NCBI GenBank assembly: GCA_963781585.1
Contig: CAWAGQ010000017.1
Location: 1-64,000, forward strand
Source of the DNA: an uncultured Gemmatimonadaceae bacterium
Lineage (GTDB): Bacteria > Gemmatimonadota > Gemmatimonadetes > Gemmatimonadales > Gemmatimonadaceae
Length of the DNA stretch: 64,000 nucleotides
Direction of reading: 5' to 3'
The notes beneath the pieces were generated by a model. The model ran no database searches and was not told the DNA's origin. It saw nothing but the letters and a program-made list of their open reading frames with translations. The position numbers and the translations under genes were made by a program. Shown one piece after another: positions 1 to 11,882 of the stretch; position 1 is the stretch's first letter; every line of letters begins with the position of its first letter.

Positions 1-205
1 GCGGGGAGCGCATCCGCTGAGGGCATCGGTCTTGCACCATGAGTGCCCGCTAATCCACGGAATCCACCGGACTGCGGGGCGGCACGGCGCGGTGGGGGGT
101 TAGCGCCCGTCGACTCTGGTACCCAGGCCGGAGTCCGGGGACGTGGCGCCGGCAGGTGGCAGATGCCGGTGATCCGCGTCGGATCCCGACCGGAGAGTAC
201 GCTCA

Positions 206-490
206 ATGAAGCGCCTTGCCGCCGCCGCGGCCCTTGCCGCCGCCGCCTTCGTCGCGTCATGCGACGACCAGCCTAACGCGAAACCCAAGGAGCCGCTGGC
301 TCCGCCCGCCCCGGTGGCGCAGAGTCTGAGCGCCATGCTGTCGGCGCGCGTGCATGCGACCACCGTATGCATGTCGTATCTCCGTGAGGGGACGCGGGTG
401 CAGGCGCGGCTGGTGCAGGCGCCGAAGGACACCGCACTCGTGAAGCGGGCGAACGCGCTGGCGATGATCATCGCCGACGCCTGTCAATAA
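206..490 (+). CDS. small putative lipoprotein, hypothetical
   Basis: MKRLAAAAALAAAAFVAS-C signal peptide with lipobox; RBS-like GGAG upstream; lies 11 bp before the giant surface protein. Confidence 0.65.
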   Translation: MKRLAAAAALAAAAFVASCDDQPNAKPKEPLAPPAPVAQSLSAMLSARVHATTVCMSYLREGTRVQARLVQAPKDTALVKRANALAMIIADACQ

Positions 491-501
491 CGGAGCCCGC
501 C

Positions 502-3500
502 ATGCGTTCCTTCTTTACGCGCGCCGCGTTCGCGGCGGCGGCGCTCGTGTGCGCTGCCATTCCGGTTCATGTGGCCGAGGGCCAGCGGGCTCTCGTGTAC
601 TGCCCGGTGGGGATCGACGATTCCGGGTGCAACACGGTGGTCAGTGCCCTTGGGCCCAACTTCCTTGGCGGCATCGACCGCGGGTACGATGGCAGCGGCG
701 GGACGATCGATCTCGCGACGGCCGATCTGGGTGCGTACGCTGTGTTCATCGTGCCGTCGCTGGCCGACGACGGGTCGGCGGCGCCGTACGGCAAGCTGCG
801 CGATCCGGCGATCGCGCAGCGGCTGCGTGCGGTGCTGCTCGGGCGCATGGCGTTCTGGTCCGGGACACCCGATCAGGGATCGAGCAGCCGGACGGAGAAG
901 GATCTGCTGATCCGGAATCTGGCGTCATTCGGCGGTTCCAACTACGCGAACGTGAACGCGCCGGGGCTGGTGGTGCTGCAGGATCAGTCGGCTGATGCCG
1001 CCGCGCGCTACGACTGGCTGCAGGGCGTGGCAGGAATTCAGGTGGTGGCCGACACCGCGCCTAACGTGTATTCGAGCGTGAAGGCGCTCGACCAGGCGGG
1101 AGCCGACGATTGTCGGGAGCGGCGCGCAGCTCGCCTACACCAACATGGCGTCGTACGGGTTCTATCTGCCGGGGGGAGGGGCCGGGGTGGCGTTGTCGGC
1201 GGTGGGGCAGACGGGGATCAACGTGGGTGGTCAGGTGGTGCTGGTCACGTCACAGGGCGGCGACCCGGGGACGGCGGCGATTCACACCGACAAGGCCGAC
1301 TATGCGCCAGGCGAGACGGTGACGATCACCGGGACCGGGTTCAAGCCTGGAGAGGCGGTATCGATCACGCTGCTCGAGGATCCCGAGTTCGATACGCATC
1401 CCGCACTTTCGGCGACGGCGGATGGGACCGGGCACTGGGTGAACACGCAGTTCTCGCCCGATGCGCACGACGTGGACATCCGGTTCATCGTGACGGCGTC
1501 GGGGGGTCAGGGGAGTGTGGCGCAGACGACGTTTACGGATGCGAAGCCGAACAAGGTCTTTGATGTAGGGCCGCAAGTACCTAGCCCCGTATCTGCAGGC
1601 AATGCTGCCACGTATTCCGTCCAGGTCTCGTTCAATGGGAATAGTGCGTCCTGCGATGCAGTTCTGAGCGTCTCCGCGTTACCCGCTGGCGCCAGTGCGT
1701 CATTTGCGCCTGTACCCGCGAGTAATCCCCCGAACACAATTACTAGCACCGGTCTACCTGTTGCGACAACGCTGACCGTCGGCACGACTGCGGGCACAAC
1801 GCCTGCGGACGCCTCGACATTTCGGATCACTGCAACTGGTACCAACCCGGCCTGTGTCAATGTGGCCGCATCAACGAATGCCGCTGGCAACGGGGGAACA
1901 GCTGCGGACCCGACTCTGGTGGTATCTGCAGCAAACCAGACGATCGCCGTGACAAGTCCGGCCCCTGCTTCGGCCAGCTACGGTTCGACTTTTCCCGTGG
2001 CAGCAACAGCGTCGTCCGGATTGGCCGTGGCAATCACAACCACCGGTGGTTGCAGCGGAGGCGGGTCGGCCAGCGCCACCATCACGATGACGAGCAGCAC
2101 TACCACGTGTGTGGTACGGTACGACCAGAACGGCAACGGGTTCTACAACCCGGCGCCGCAAGTGACTAGTACCACATTCGCCACGAAGGCCAATGCGACG
2201 ATCGTGGTGACGCCGTACCAGGTGACCTATGACGGGAACGCGCACACGGCAACCGGAACAGCCACGGGGGTGGGTGGGGTGGACCTGAATGCGAGTCTGG
2301 CGCTCACGGGGACGACGCACACGAACGCCGGGGACTATCCGAGCGACGCTTGGAGCTTCGCCGGGGGGGCGAACTACAACGACGCCAGCGGCACGGTCCA
2401 CGACATCATCGACAAGGCGGATGCGACGATCACCATCACGCCGTACCACGTGACGTACGATGGAAACGCGCACACGTCGACGGGGACAGCGACGGGGGTG
2501 GGTGGCGCGGACCTGAGCGGGCAGCTGATGCTCACCGGGACGACCCACACCGCCGCCGCCGACTACCCGAGCGATGGCTGGAGCTTCGCTGGGGGGACGA
2601 ACTACAACGACGCCAGTGGCACGGTGCACGACATCATCGACAAGGCGGATGCGACGATCAGCATCACGCCGTACCACGTGACGTACGATGGAAACGCGCA
2701 CACATCGACGGGGACAGCGACGGGCGTGGGCGGAGCGGACCTGAGCGCGAGTATGACGCTCACGGGGACGACGCATATGAATGCTGGGGACTATCCGAGC
2801 GATGCCTGGAGCTTCGCCGGGGGCACGAACTACAACGACGCGAGCGGTACGGTCCATGACATCATCGACAAGGCGAATGCGGCGATCTCGGTAACGCCCT
2901 ACAGCGTGACCTACGATGGCGCGGCGCACACGGCGACGGGAACCGCGACGGGCGTGGGTAGTGTGGACCTGAGCGGGCAGCTGACGCTCACGGGGACGAC
3001 GCATACGAATGCTGCGGACTATCCGAGCGATGCCTGGAGCTTCGCCGGGGGCACGAACTACAACGACGCGAACGGCACGGTCCACGACCTCATCGACAAG
3101 GCGAACGCGGTGATCGCGTGAGCCCCTACAGCGTGACGTACGACGGAGCGGCGCACACGGCGACGGGGAGCGCCACCGGGGTGCTGAGCGAGGCCTGAGT
3201 GGACTGGATCTCTCGGGGACGACGCACACCAACGCTGGCGACTATCCGACCGATCCGTGGACTTCGCGGACGTAACGGGGAACTACAACAACACGAGTGG
3301 GACCGCCACGACGCGATCGCCAGGGCGAACGCGGTGATCACCGTGACGCCCTACAGCGTGACCTACGATGGGGCGGCGCACACGGCGACCGGCAGCGCGC
3401 AAGGCGTATTGAACGAGAACCTGAGCGGCAGCTGGATCTACGGGGACGACCCACACGAATGCCGGGACGTACAACAGCGACGGGTGGAGCGTTCACCGGC

Positions 3501-6500
3501 GGTGGACGAACTACAACAACGCCAGCGGGACGGTGACGATGATCATCGCAAGGCCGATGCGGCGATGAGCGATCGACGCCGGCTACACGGGGATCTATGA
3601 TGGCAAACGGCGCCACAGGCGCGACGGGGACGGCGACGGGGGTGGGTGGAGTCGGATCTGAGCGCCGGGTATGAACCTCAGGGGCGACGATGCACCATGA
3701 ATGCTCGGGCGACGTACTGGCCGAGCGATGCCTGGAGCTTCACCGGCGGGCACAAACTACAACGACCGAGCGGCTCCGCGGCCATGACGTCATCGACAAG
3801 GCCGAATGCGCGGTGACGGTGACCGGCTACACGGGGATCTATGATGCCACGGCCACACGGCGCGGCGGGGACGGCGACGGGCGTGGGTGGAGTGGATCTG
3901 AGCGCCGGAGTTGAACCTCGGGGCGACGTTCACCGATGTGCCGGGCGGGACGGCCAACTGGGCTTCACCGGCGGGACGAACTACAACGACCAGAGCGGCT
4001 CCGCGGCCATCGTCATCAACAAGGCCGATGCTCTGGTGACGGTGACCGGCTACACGGGGATCTATGATGCCACGGCGCACGGCGCGACGGGCACGGCGAC
4101 GGGCGTGGGTGGAGTGGATGTGAGCGCCGGGTTGAACCTCGGGGTGACGTTCACCGATGTGCCGGGCGGGACGGCCAACTGGGCGTTCACCGGCGGGACA
4201 AACTACAACGACCAGAGTGGCTTGGTGTCCATCGTCATCAACAAGGCGGATGCCCTGGTCTCGGTGAATGGCTACACGGGGACCTATGACGCCGCGGCCC
4301 ACGGGGCGACGGGAACGGCGACGGGCGTGGGTGGGGTGGATCTGGGTGCCGGGTTGAACCTCGGCGCGACGTTCACCGATGTGCCGGGGGGGACGGCCAA
4401 CTGGACGTTCGCCGGCGGGACGAACTACAACGACCAGAGCGGCTTGGTGGCCATTGTCATCAACAAGGCGGACGCGTCGATCACGGTGACAGAATACAGC
4501 GTGACCTACGACGGGGATCGGCGCATACGGCGACCGGGACGGCGACGGGCGTGGGTAGCGTGGAGCTGGTGCAGAGTCTGACCTGAGCGGGACGACCCAC
4601 ACGAGACGCCGGGGACTACCCGAGCGACCCTGGACTTCACCGGCGGCACGGAACTACAACGACGCCAACGGCGCGGTCGCACGACGCTCATCGACAAGGC
4701 AACGCGACGATTATGGTGACGCCCTACAGCGTGACCTACGATGGGGCGGCGCACACGGCGACCGGAACGGCGACCGGCGTGCTGAGCGAGGCCTTGAGCT
4801 GGGCTCGACCTCGAGTGGGACGACCCACACGAGCGCCGGGGACGTACAACGCCGACCCGTGGACGTTCACCGACGTGACGGGGAACTACAACAACGCCAC
4901 TGGGACCACGACGACGCGATCGCGAAAGCCAATGCGACGATTGTGGTGACGCCCTACAGCGTGACCTACGATGGGGCGGCGCACACGGCGACCGGAACGG
5001 CGACCGGCGTGCTGAGCGAGGCCTTGAGTGGGCTCGATCTCGAGGGGACGACCCACACGAGCGCCGGGGACTACAACGCCGATCCGTGGACGTTCACGGA
5101 CGTGACGGGGAACTACAACAACGTCAGCGGGACCATGCACGACGCGATCGCCAAAGCCAATGCGACGATCGTGGTGACGCCCTACAGCGTGACCTACGAT
5201 GGGGCGGCGCACACGGCGACCGGGACGGCGACCGGGGTGCTGAGCGAGGCCTTGAGTGGGCTCGGATCTCTCCGGGACGACGCACACTAACGCCGGCGAC
5301 TATGCGACCGATCCGTGGACGTTCACGGACGGGACGGGGAACTACAACGATCCAGTGGGACCATGCACGACGCGATCGCCAAGGCGAATGCGACGATCAA
5401 TGGTGGCGCCCTACAGCGTGACGTACGACGGGGTGGCGCACACGGCGACCGGGACCGCTAACGGCGTGCTGAGCGAGACGCTCGCGGGCCTGGAGCTCTC
5501 AGGGACGGCCCACACGAACGCCGGGGCGTACAACGCCGACCCGTGGACGTTCACCGACGGGACGGGGAACTACAACAACGCCAACGGGACCGTGGATGAC
5601 GCGATCGCCAAGGCCAATGCGACGATCGTGGCGACGCCGTACAGCGTGACCTACGATGGGGTGGCGCACGCGGCGACCGGGACAGCTACCGGCGTGCTGA
5701 GCGAGGCGCTGGCGGGCCTGGACCTCGGGGACGACGCACACGAGCGCCGGCGACGTACGACGAGCGATCCGTGGACGTTCACCGACGGGACCGGGAACTA
5801 CAACGACGCCAATGGCTCCGTACGCACGACGCGATCGCGAAAGCGAACGCCGTGATCACCACGAATGGCTACACGGGCGTCTATGACGGCGCCGCCCACG
5901 GAGCGACTGGGACGGCGGTCGGGGTGGAGACGTCGCCGATCGACCTGAATTCGCTGCTGCATCTGGGCACGAATTTCACGAACGTGCCGGGGGGAACGGC
6001 AGACTGGACGTTCGACGGGAACGGGAACTACAACAGTACCAGTGGAACCGTGGCCATCACCATCGGCCAGGTTACGCTGACCGGTGCCATCGCCGGTAAC
6101 CCGACCAAGGTCTACGACGGCAACACAGACGCCTCGCTGACGGCGCCGAACTTCACGCTCGCCAATCTCGTGGGTGGAGACAACTTCACCGTGACCAAGA
6201 CATCGGGTGCATACAACACCAGCGACGTGCTCACTGCCAGCACAGTGACCGCGAGCCTGGCGGCTGGAGACTTCTTACCAGTCGGGAGTACTCTCGCGGG
6301 CAACTACATGCTGCCAACGAGCGTGAGCGGTCCGGGGCACATCACTCCCGACCCCACCACCACCGCCGTCGACGCGGTCAGCATTCCCTACAGCGATAAC
6401 GCGCAGTCGATTCCGCTCCACGCGACCGTAACAGGCTCCATGGTGAATGAAGGCGGCGTGCAGTTCACACTGAAGAACGCGGCCAACATGACCATCGGTG

Positions 6501-7657
6501 CACCAGTCACCAGCAGCGTGTCAGGCGGCGACGCGTCCGCCATGTACACAGTCCCGGGCACTACCGACGTAGGGACCTACACGGTGCTGGCGGAATACCT
6601 GAACACCCCGAACTTCATCGGGAGCCAGAATACCGCGACGCTCATCGTGCAGCCGGCGGACCTCGCGGCCGCAACGGCGGCGACAGACGCGGACTTCAAA
6701 TCGATCGACGGCGTCGACGCCCTGTTCGGCGTCGAGGGCAAGAGCAGCACCGCCACCTTCAAGAACACGAACCCTGGAACGCTCCACTGGCGCATCACCT
6801 ACACGAATCTCACCGGCGTGGTGATCGATGCCGCCACCGGAAGCACGCTCAGAGCGATCATCGAGGTTCCGCCGATGACGAACTGCGGCGGCGTCACGTG
6901 CTCATCGCAGGTGACATCGGCTCCCGCGTGGTCGCTCAAGGGCGCGACAGGGACACACGTACACCCGGACGACAAGACGGACAACATGCCGCTCACCTTC
7001 CTCTACAAGGCCAGTGGCGACTGCTCGGTGGAAACGAGCGGCTACGTGTCCGACCTCAATTCGATCGCGGACAAGGCGCCCAAGTGCATCCTCGTGAAAG
7101 GCTTCGCCATCCCCAAGAAGGATCGCGCGCGTATCGACGTCCACCTGGAATTCCGCTGGAAGGGAACGACCGGTTGGGCGACGAACCCGGATCCGAAGTT
7201 GTTCTTCCGGACGGGATTTGCATTCAAGGCGACGACCATCGCCACCTTCCCGGTGGCACCCTCCATCAGGACGTCGTATCAGTCCACCGGGCTGGTGATG
7301 GCCGGGCAGAAGGTCACGGCGATGGGTGGCTTTGTCTTCGATCAGGTCGGGATGCCGCCGGCGCCGGGCTACGTCGTGAGAGCGTTCAACTCAGCGGCGG
7401 ATGCCGCGGCACTCGGCGGCGCTTGTTCCTCGTCGAACACGCTGGTGGTCGGCCAGGCTTCGGTGGCCACGGACGGCTTCTGGTACATCTGGAAAAAGGG
7501 AAGCGATCAGGGGAACAACGCAGCGGCCGACCTGCCGGGCAAGGTTCAGTATTACCTCCAGGTCTGCAACGGCACGACGCCGGTATCCTCACTCGCGACC
7601 CTCGAGAACAAGCTGAGCGACAAGGAGTTCGACGAAGTGGACTTCAGGGTCCCCTGA
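502..7657 (+). CDS. giant secreted/surface repeat protein (MBG/YDG-like beta-sandwich repeats, adhesin-like), ~2380 aa when reconstructed; frameshifted in this assembly
   Basis: Signal peptide at 502. The frame switches at ~1103 (extra C; reconstructs to ...GATIVGSGAQLAYTNMASYGF). ORFs 1145-3121, 3841-4581, 4859-5290, 5256-5855 and 5771-7657 all carry the same TYDG..HTATGTATGV repeat. A PTKVYDG YDG-like and an Ig-like segment lie near the C-terminus. Confidence 0.8.
2186..6065 (+). repeat. ~17 tandem 220-230 bp coding repeats (73-76 aa) in three subtypes
   Basis: Repeat starts (KA[N/D]A) at about 2186, 2414, 2642, 2870, 3098, 3322, 3550, 3798, 4021, 4243, 4465, 4696, 4926, 5153, 5381, 5610 and 5840. 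Confidence 0.85.
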
Positions 7658-7679
7658 GTCCACGACAGCTCCCGAATGA

Positions 7680-7712
7680 CAACCAGGCCCGCCCCTCAGG
7701 CGGGCCTGGTTG
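7680..7712. terminator. perfect 14-bp hairpin between convergent genes (likely terminator)
   Basis: CAACCAGGCCCGCC-cctca-GGCGGGCCTGGTTG, 22 bp after the adhesin stop; no strong U-tract. Confidence 0.65.
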
Positions 7713-7825
7713 CATCAGGGGCACCATCCGGCCTCACTTCACCATGCCGCTCGTCATTTCGCGGCGACCCAGAGGGCAACGGAAGCCCAGCACGGCCTCA
7801 ACCCTCCGACACCCTGACCTGTGTC

Positions 7826-7874
7826 TGGCCTTTGGCCCATGACCTTTCGCCTATGACCCCTGGCCTTTGGCCTC
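7826..7874. repeat. degenerate heptamer tandem array (7 x TGRCCYY)
   Basis: tggcctt tggccca tgacctt tcgccta tgacccc tggcctt tggcctc. Confidence 0.7.
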
Positions 7875-9165
7875 CACCCGCACCACCTCCCCCGTCCGTG
7901 ACTCCCGCGGCGCCACCATCCCATCCCTCCGCAACCGCAACTCCCGCGAGTGCGTCAGATCGTCGAGAAACATCGCCTCGGCATGCGCGCCTAACGTGGG
8001 ATCCTCGATCACCGCGTCGAGCTCATAGTTCATCGTGATCCCCAACGGGTTGAAATCGGTCGACCCCACCCGCACCCAGCGCCCATCCACCACGCTGGTC
8101 TTGGCGTGCATCATCTCCCCACGCCACTCCCAGATCCGCACCCCGTTGCGCAGCAACGTGTGATACGAGCGCACCATGATGTTCCGCACCCAGAAATGAT
8201 CCCACCGGCTCGGCACCAGGATCCGCACATCCACGCCGTCGCGCGCCGCCCCCGCCAACGCCTCGATCTCATACTCTGACGGCGCGAAATAGGCGCTCGC
8301 GATCCAGATCGACCGCTCGGCCGCCACCGCCTGCATCTGGAGCGCCCGCGATACCCGGACCTTCCCGGGCTCCCCCTCGATGATCCCCACCAGCGACGGC
8401 GGATCGAACCGTGTGTTCAGGTACGAAGACTGCGGTGGCCGCACAAGCCGCCGCGGTCCCCGCGGCTTCCGGCCCTGCGACCGCACCCACATGTGCTCGA
8501 ATGCGGCGTGCATGTCCCGCACAGCGTCGCCCCGAATCAGCACACAGGTGTCGCGCCAGGGCGCGCGCCGTTTGCGCAGGATCCCCTTCTTCCATTCCAC
8601 CCCGATCCCGATCCCACCGGTGACTCCGATGCGGCCGTCCACCACCAGCATCTTGCGATGATCGCGCGGCAGGAGTCCCAGCCAACGACGGAATCCCGGC
8701 GGGATGGAATATCCGGAATTCGACCCCGGCCCGCTGGATCCGGCGAAAGAACGTCTTGCGCGTCGGCAGACGCCCGAACCAGTCGATCAGCATGCGGACC
8801 CGAACGCCACGCCGGGCCGCCGCGCTCAGTGATTTCGCGAACAGCTGGCCCACTTCATCGTCGTGGTAGATATACTGCTCGAAGTCCACCGTGGTCTGTG
8901 CCCCGTCGATCAACCCGAGCATGGCTTCGAACGTGGCCGACCCGGTGCTCAGCAGCGTCACCTGATTCCCGGCCGAAACGTTCGCCGACGCGATGCGCCA
9001 CAGCGCTCGGGAGAACGAGGGCCGCGGCCCCTGCTGAGCGGCGGCAAGTGGAGCGCCCGCGGCAGCGGGGTCGGTGCTGGCAAGTGGAGCCCCCGCGGCA
9101 GCGGGGTCGGTGCTGGCGCCTGCCGCGGTCGGATCGGTATTGGTGACGGCACGGCGGTTGGACAC
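7851..9165 (-). CDS. cls: cardiolipin synthase (phospholipase D family), with a frameshift at ~8702
   Basis: Two HKD motifs, DHRKMLVVD and [20 protein letters not shown] and YIYHDDEVG motifs. Removing one base from the GGG run at 8701-8703 joins ORFs 8269-9165 and 7851-8651. Confidence 0.88.
9043..9117. repeat. 36-bp tandem duplication in the cls N-terminus ([12 protein letters not shown] x2)
   Basis: Units 9043-9078 and 9079-9114 differ by one base. Confidence 0.8.
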
Positions 9166-9197
9166 GATGGAAGTCTAACTCGGGTGGACACCGCCCC

Positions 9198-9274
9198 TGG
9201 GCTCGGGAGCCCGGGCTCTGGACTCCGCGGTCTGAACTCTTGCTCCTTACCTTTGGCCTCTGGCCCCTGGCCGG
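9198..9274. repeat. degenerate heptamer tandem array (~11 units) in the cls/fabI divergent intergenic region
   Basis: tgggctc gggagcc cgggctc tggactc cgcggtc tgaactc ttgctcc ttacctt tggcctc tggcccc tggccgg. Confidence 0.6.
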
Positions 9275-9296
9275 TTCACTCCGGACTATTCCTCCC

Positions 9297-10202
9297 ATGC
9301 TCTCGATCGATCTCACCGGCAAACGCGCCCTCGTCGCCGGCGTCGCCGACGACGGCGGCTTCGGCTTCGCCATCGCCAAGGCGCTGGCCGAAGCCGGCGC
9401 CACCGTCTGCGTCGGCACCTGGCCCCCCGCCCTCAACATCTTCCTCAACCTCATCGAGCGAGGCAAGCTCGATGAGTCACGGCGGCTCTCCAGCGGCCAG
9501 CTCCTCGCGTTCGAGCGGATCTACCCGCTCGACGCGGCCTTCGACCGTCTTGGAGACGCCCCCGACGACCTGCGCGCCAGCAAGCGGTACCGGGACGTCG
9601 GCGACTTCTCGATTGAGGGTCTCGCCGCCCGCCTAACGGCGGACTTCGGTTCCCCGGCCCTCGACATCATCGTCCATTCCCTGGCCAACGCCCCCGAGGT
9701 GAAGAAACCGCTCCTCGAAACATCGCGGTCGGGGTACCTGGCCGCTGTGAGCGTGAGCGCGTACTCGTTGACCGGGCTGCTGCAACGGCTGGGACCGCTC
9801 ATGCGCCCTGGCGGGTCCGTCGTCTCCCTGACCTACATGGCCAGCGAGCGCGCCATCCCCGGCTACGGCGGCGGCATGTCCTCCGCGAAAGCGGCGCTGG
9901 AGAGCGACACCCGGATGCTGGCCTTCGAAGCCGGACGCACCTGGGGAATCCGCGTGAACACGATCTCGGCCGGCCCGTATGCGTCGCGCGCCGCCAGCGC
10001 CATCGGCATCATCGAGCGGATGGTGGACTACTGCCGCGCGAACTCGCCCCTTCCGGAGGCGCTGACCAGCGCCGAGGTGGGATATGCCGCGGCATTCCTC
10101 TGCAGTCCCCTGGGCTCGGGCGTGACCGGCACCACGATCTACGTGGACAAGGGCTACCACGCGATGGGCATGGCCGTCGCGGCGCCGACCGACGCCGCCT
10201 AA
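9297..10202 (+). CDS. fabI: enoyl-ACP reductase, plant/Chlamydia-like type
   Basis: [65 protein letters not shown]. Confidence 0.92.
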   Translation: MLSIDLTGKRALVAGVADDGGFGFAIAKALAEAGATVCVGTWPPALNIFLNLIERGKLDESRRLSSGQLLAFERIYPLDAAFDRLGDAPDDLRASKRYRDVGDFSIEGLAARLTADFGSPALDIIVHSLANAPEVKKPLLETSRSGYLAAVSVSAYSLTGLLQRLGPLMRPGGSVVSLTYMASERAIPGYGGGMSSAKAALESDTRMLAFEAGRTWGIRVNTISAGPYASRAASAIGIIERMVDYCRANSPLPEALTSAEVGYAAAFLCSPLGSGVTGTTIYVDKGYHAMGMAVAAPTDAA

Positions 10203-10276
10203 CGACACACATAGTCTCGGCACGCCCCGCGGACGATGGGCCCGCCGGTCGGCCGCTTCACCAGGGATCTGGCTGG

Positions 10277-11437
10277 TCAGGGCTTCCGCTTCGCCGTGTC
10301 CGGCACGAACCTGAACTCGTGCTGGACCACCTGCGCCACCGGATATCCCTGCTTGACCGCAGGGACGTAGGTCGCATTGCGCAAGGCAGTCTGGACGGCG
10401 TCCGTGAACTCCGGATGCGTGGCGTAGACCACGCTGAAGGTGTCCATTCGCACCTGCCCGGTCGGGTCGACGACGAACTCGACCATCACGGCACCGCCAA
10501 CGCCGGCGTCGAAGAGCGCGTCCGGATACTCGGGATGAATCACGCTGAGGGGGTCCTCGTGAGCGGGAGCGTCCACCTCGCTGGCGACGAAGACCTTCCT
10601 GGCGTCGACGAGCTTCGCCACCTCGGCCGCCGTCGCCGCGGGATTCCGCTTCTTCACCCGCGGGGGCGCTTCCCGGGACCAGATGACGATCACTCCGCAC
10701 GCCAGCGTGCCGTTCGTACTCATGAACTGCGCCGGCACGGTCGCCGGGCCCGAATAGACTTCCATGGCCTCGATGGAGCGCGGGCTCAGGTTATCGAGGT
10801 CGAACTCGCCCGCATTGAGCGGCGAGCCATCGAGCCAGGTGAGCGGCGCGCAGTTCGATCGGGCGTTTCGGAAGCGGATGACGTGCGACAGTCCTCCCAT
10901 CCCGAGACTCACCACCCTCGCTCCCGGAATCAAACGGAACATGTCGGTGAGAAAGGACGGGTTCCGCCTCTCGATATCGTCGGCTGTTATGAAGTGGCCG
11001 TTGCCGTGTTCCTTCCGCTGATAGAAGCCGGCTCGCCAGCCGGTCAGCGCGGAGTGCCCGTACACCATCACGGGCCGGAGCGTCAGCGCGAGGCGGTTCA
11101 CCCGGACCTCGAGCGGGATCGTCTTGCCTGCCAGCACCATCAGATCGATGGTATCGGGCTGGTATCCCAGGCGCCGGAAGCGAAGCGACATGGGTCCCGC
11201 GGGAATGCGCGCCAGGAGGAATTCGCCGTGTTCATCGGTCTGGGCGCGGAGCGCGCTGCCGGGCAGAGTGATCTCCACACCAACGATGCCCTGGCCGGCC
11301 GAATCGTGCACCACGCCCTTGATCCCGCCGGTTCCTACGGAGCCCTCCTGAGCGAGCCCGGCGCCGCCCGTCAGGCACAGCGCCAAGCCACTCCACGCCA
11401 GTGCGGCGCGAGCTCCATGACTTCTGGTCTTGATCAC
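10277..11437 (-). CDS. exported protein: carboxypeptidase-regulatory-like domain + TonB-receptor plug domain + TonB C-terminal domain
   Basis: GTG start after GGGAGG; G.V.DSAG.GI.GV.I..PG (CarboxypepD_reg); ITADDIERRNP..LTD.FRLIPG and IEAMEVYSG..CGVIVIW (plug); PEYPDAL...G.VMVEFVVDPTG...YVPA.KQG.PV (TonB_C). Confidence 0.75.
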   Translation of the reverse strand: MIKTRSHGARAALAWSGLALCLTGGAGLAQEGSVGTGGIKGVVHDSAGQGIVGVEITLPGSALRAQTDEHGEFLLARIPAGPMSLRFRRLGYQPDTIDLMVLAGKTIPLEVRVNRLALTLRPVMVYGHSALTGWRAGFYQRKEHGNGHFITADDIERRNPSFLTDMFRLIPGARVVSLGMGGLSHVIRFRNARSNCAPLTWLDGSPLNAGEFDLDNLSPRSIEAMEVYSGPATVPAQFMSTNGTLACGVIVIWSREAPPRVKKRNPAATAAEVAKLVDARKVFVASEVDAPAHEDPLSVIHPEYPDALFDAGVGGAVMVEFVVDPTGQVRMDTFSVVYATHPEFTDAVQTALRNATYVPAVKQGYPVAQVVQHEFRFVPDTAKRKP

Positions 11438-11882
11438 CGCTGCCTCCCGGCCAGCGCCCGCCTGTCCGCGGCGAGTCGATGGGAATCGCTGATGATGCTC
11501 TCTTCCAGCAGATACCTGCCCGTCCGTGGGGGCCACCTGGGGGTACGGGGGGCTGGCCTCTCCAACATTACGGTTAAAGGGGGCCAACGCGAAAGGGTCA
11601 TGGTCACCTTGACCGGGTTGCCTTCGGGGACGTTGAGGGGCATTTATCGCCCCCCCAAGCTCGCCGGGACGGTTCGTTCAACCGCCGGGCCGCGTCGATG
11701 CTGCCGAGGGGTGGCGACTGGGCCGGGCCGTGACTGGACGCCTCGCGTGGCCCCGCCCATTGTTCCGCCCAGGGGCGCCGCCGGGCACGATCGCCGAATA
11801 CGGGGTCATGGCGCAGGGGCGGGAGGGCCGGGACGCCGACACAGGTCAATCACCGAGGGCCGCGAGCGCCGCGGGGGTCGCG

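Noticed and set aside
2186..6065. Regularly spaced repeats as a CRISPR array or DGR template/variable repeats
   Set aside because: The units are ~225-bp protein-coding repeats without unique spacers; there is no cas or reverse transcriptase gene in the window.
8695..8710. Programmed frameshift or pseudogenisation of cls
   Set aside because: It is a single extra base in a short homopolymer with both halves intact; most likely a sequencing error.
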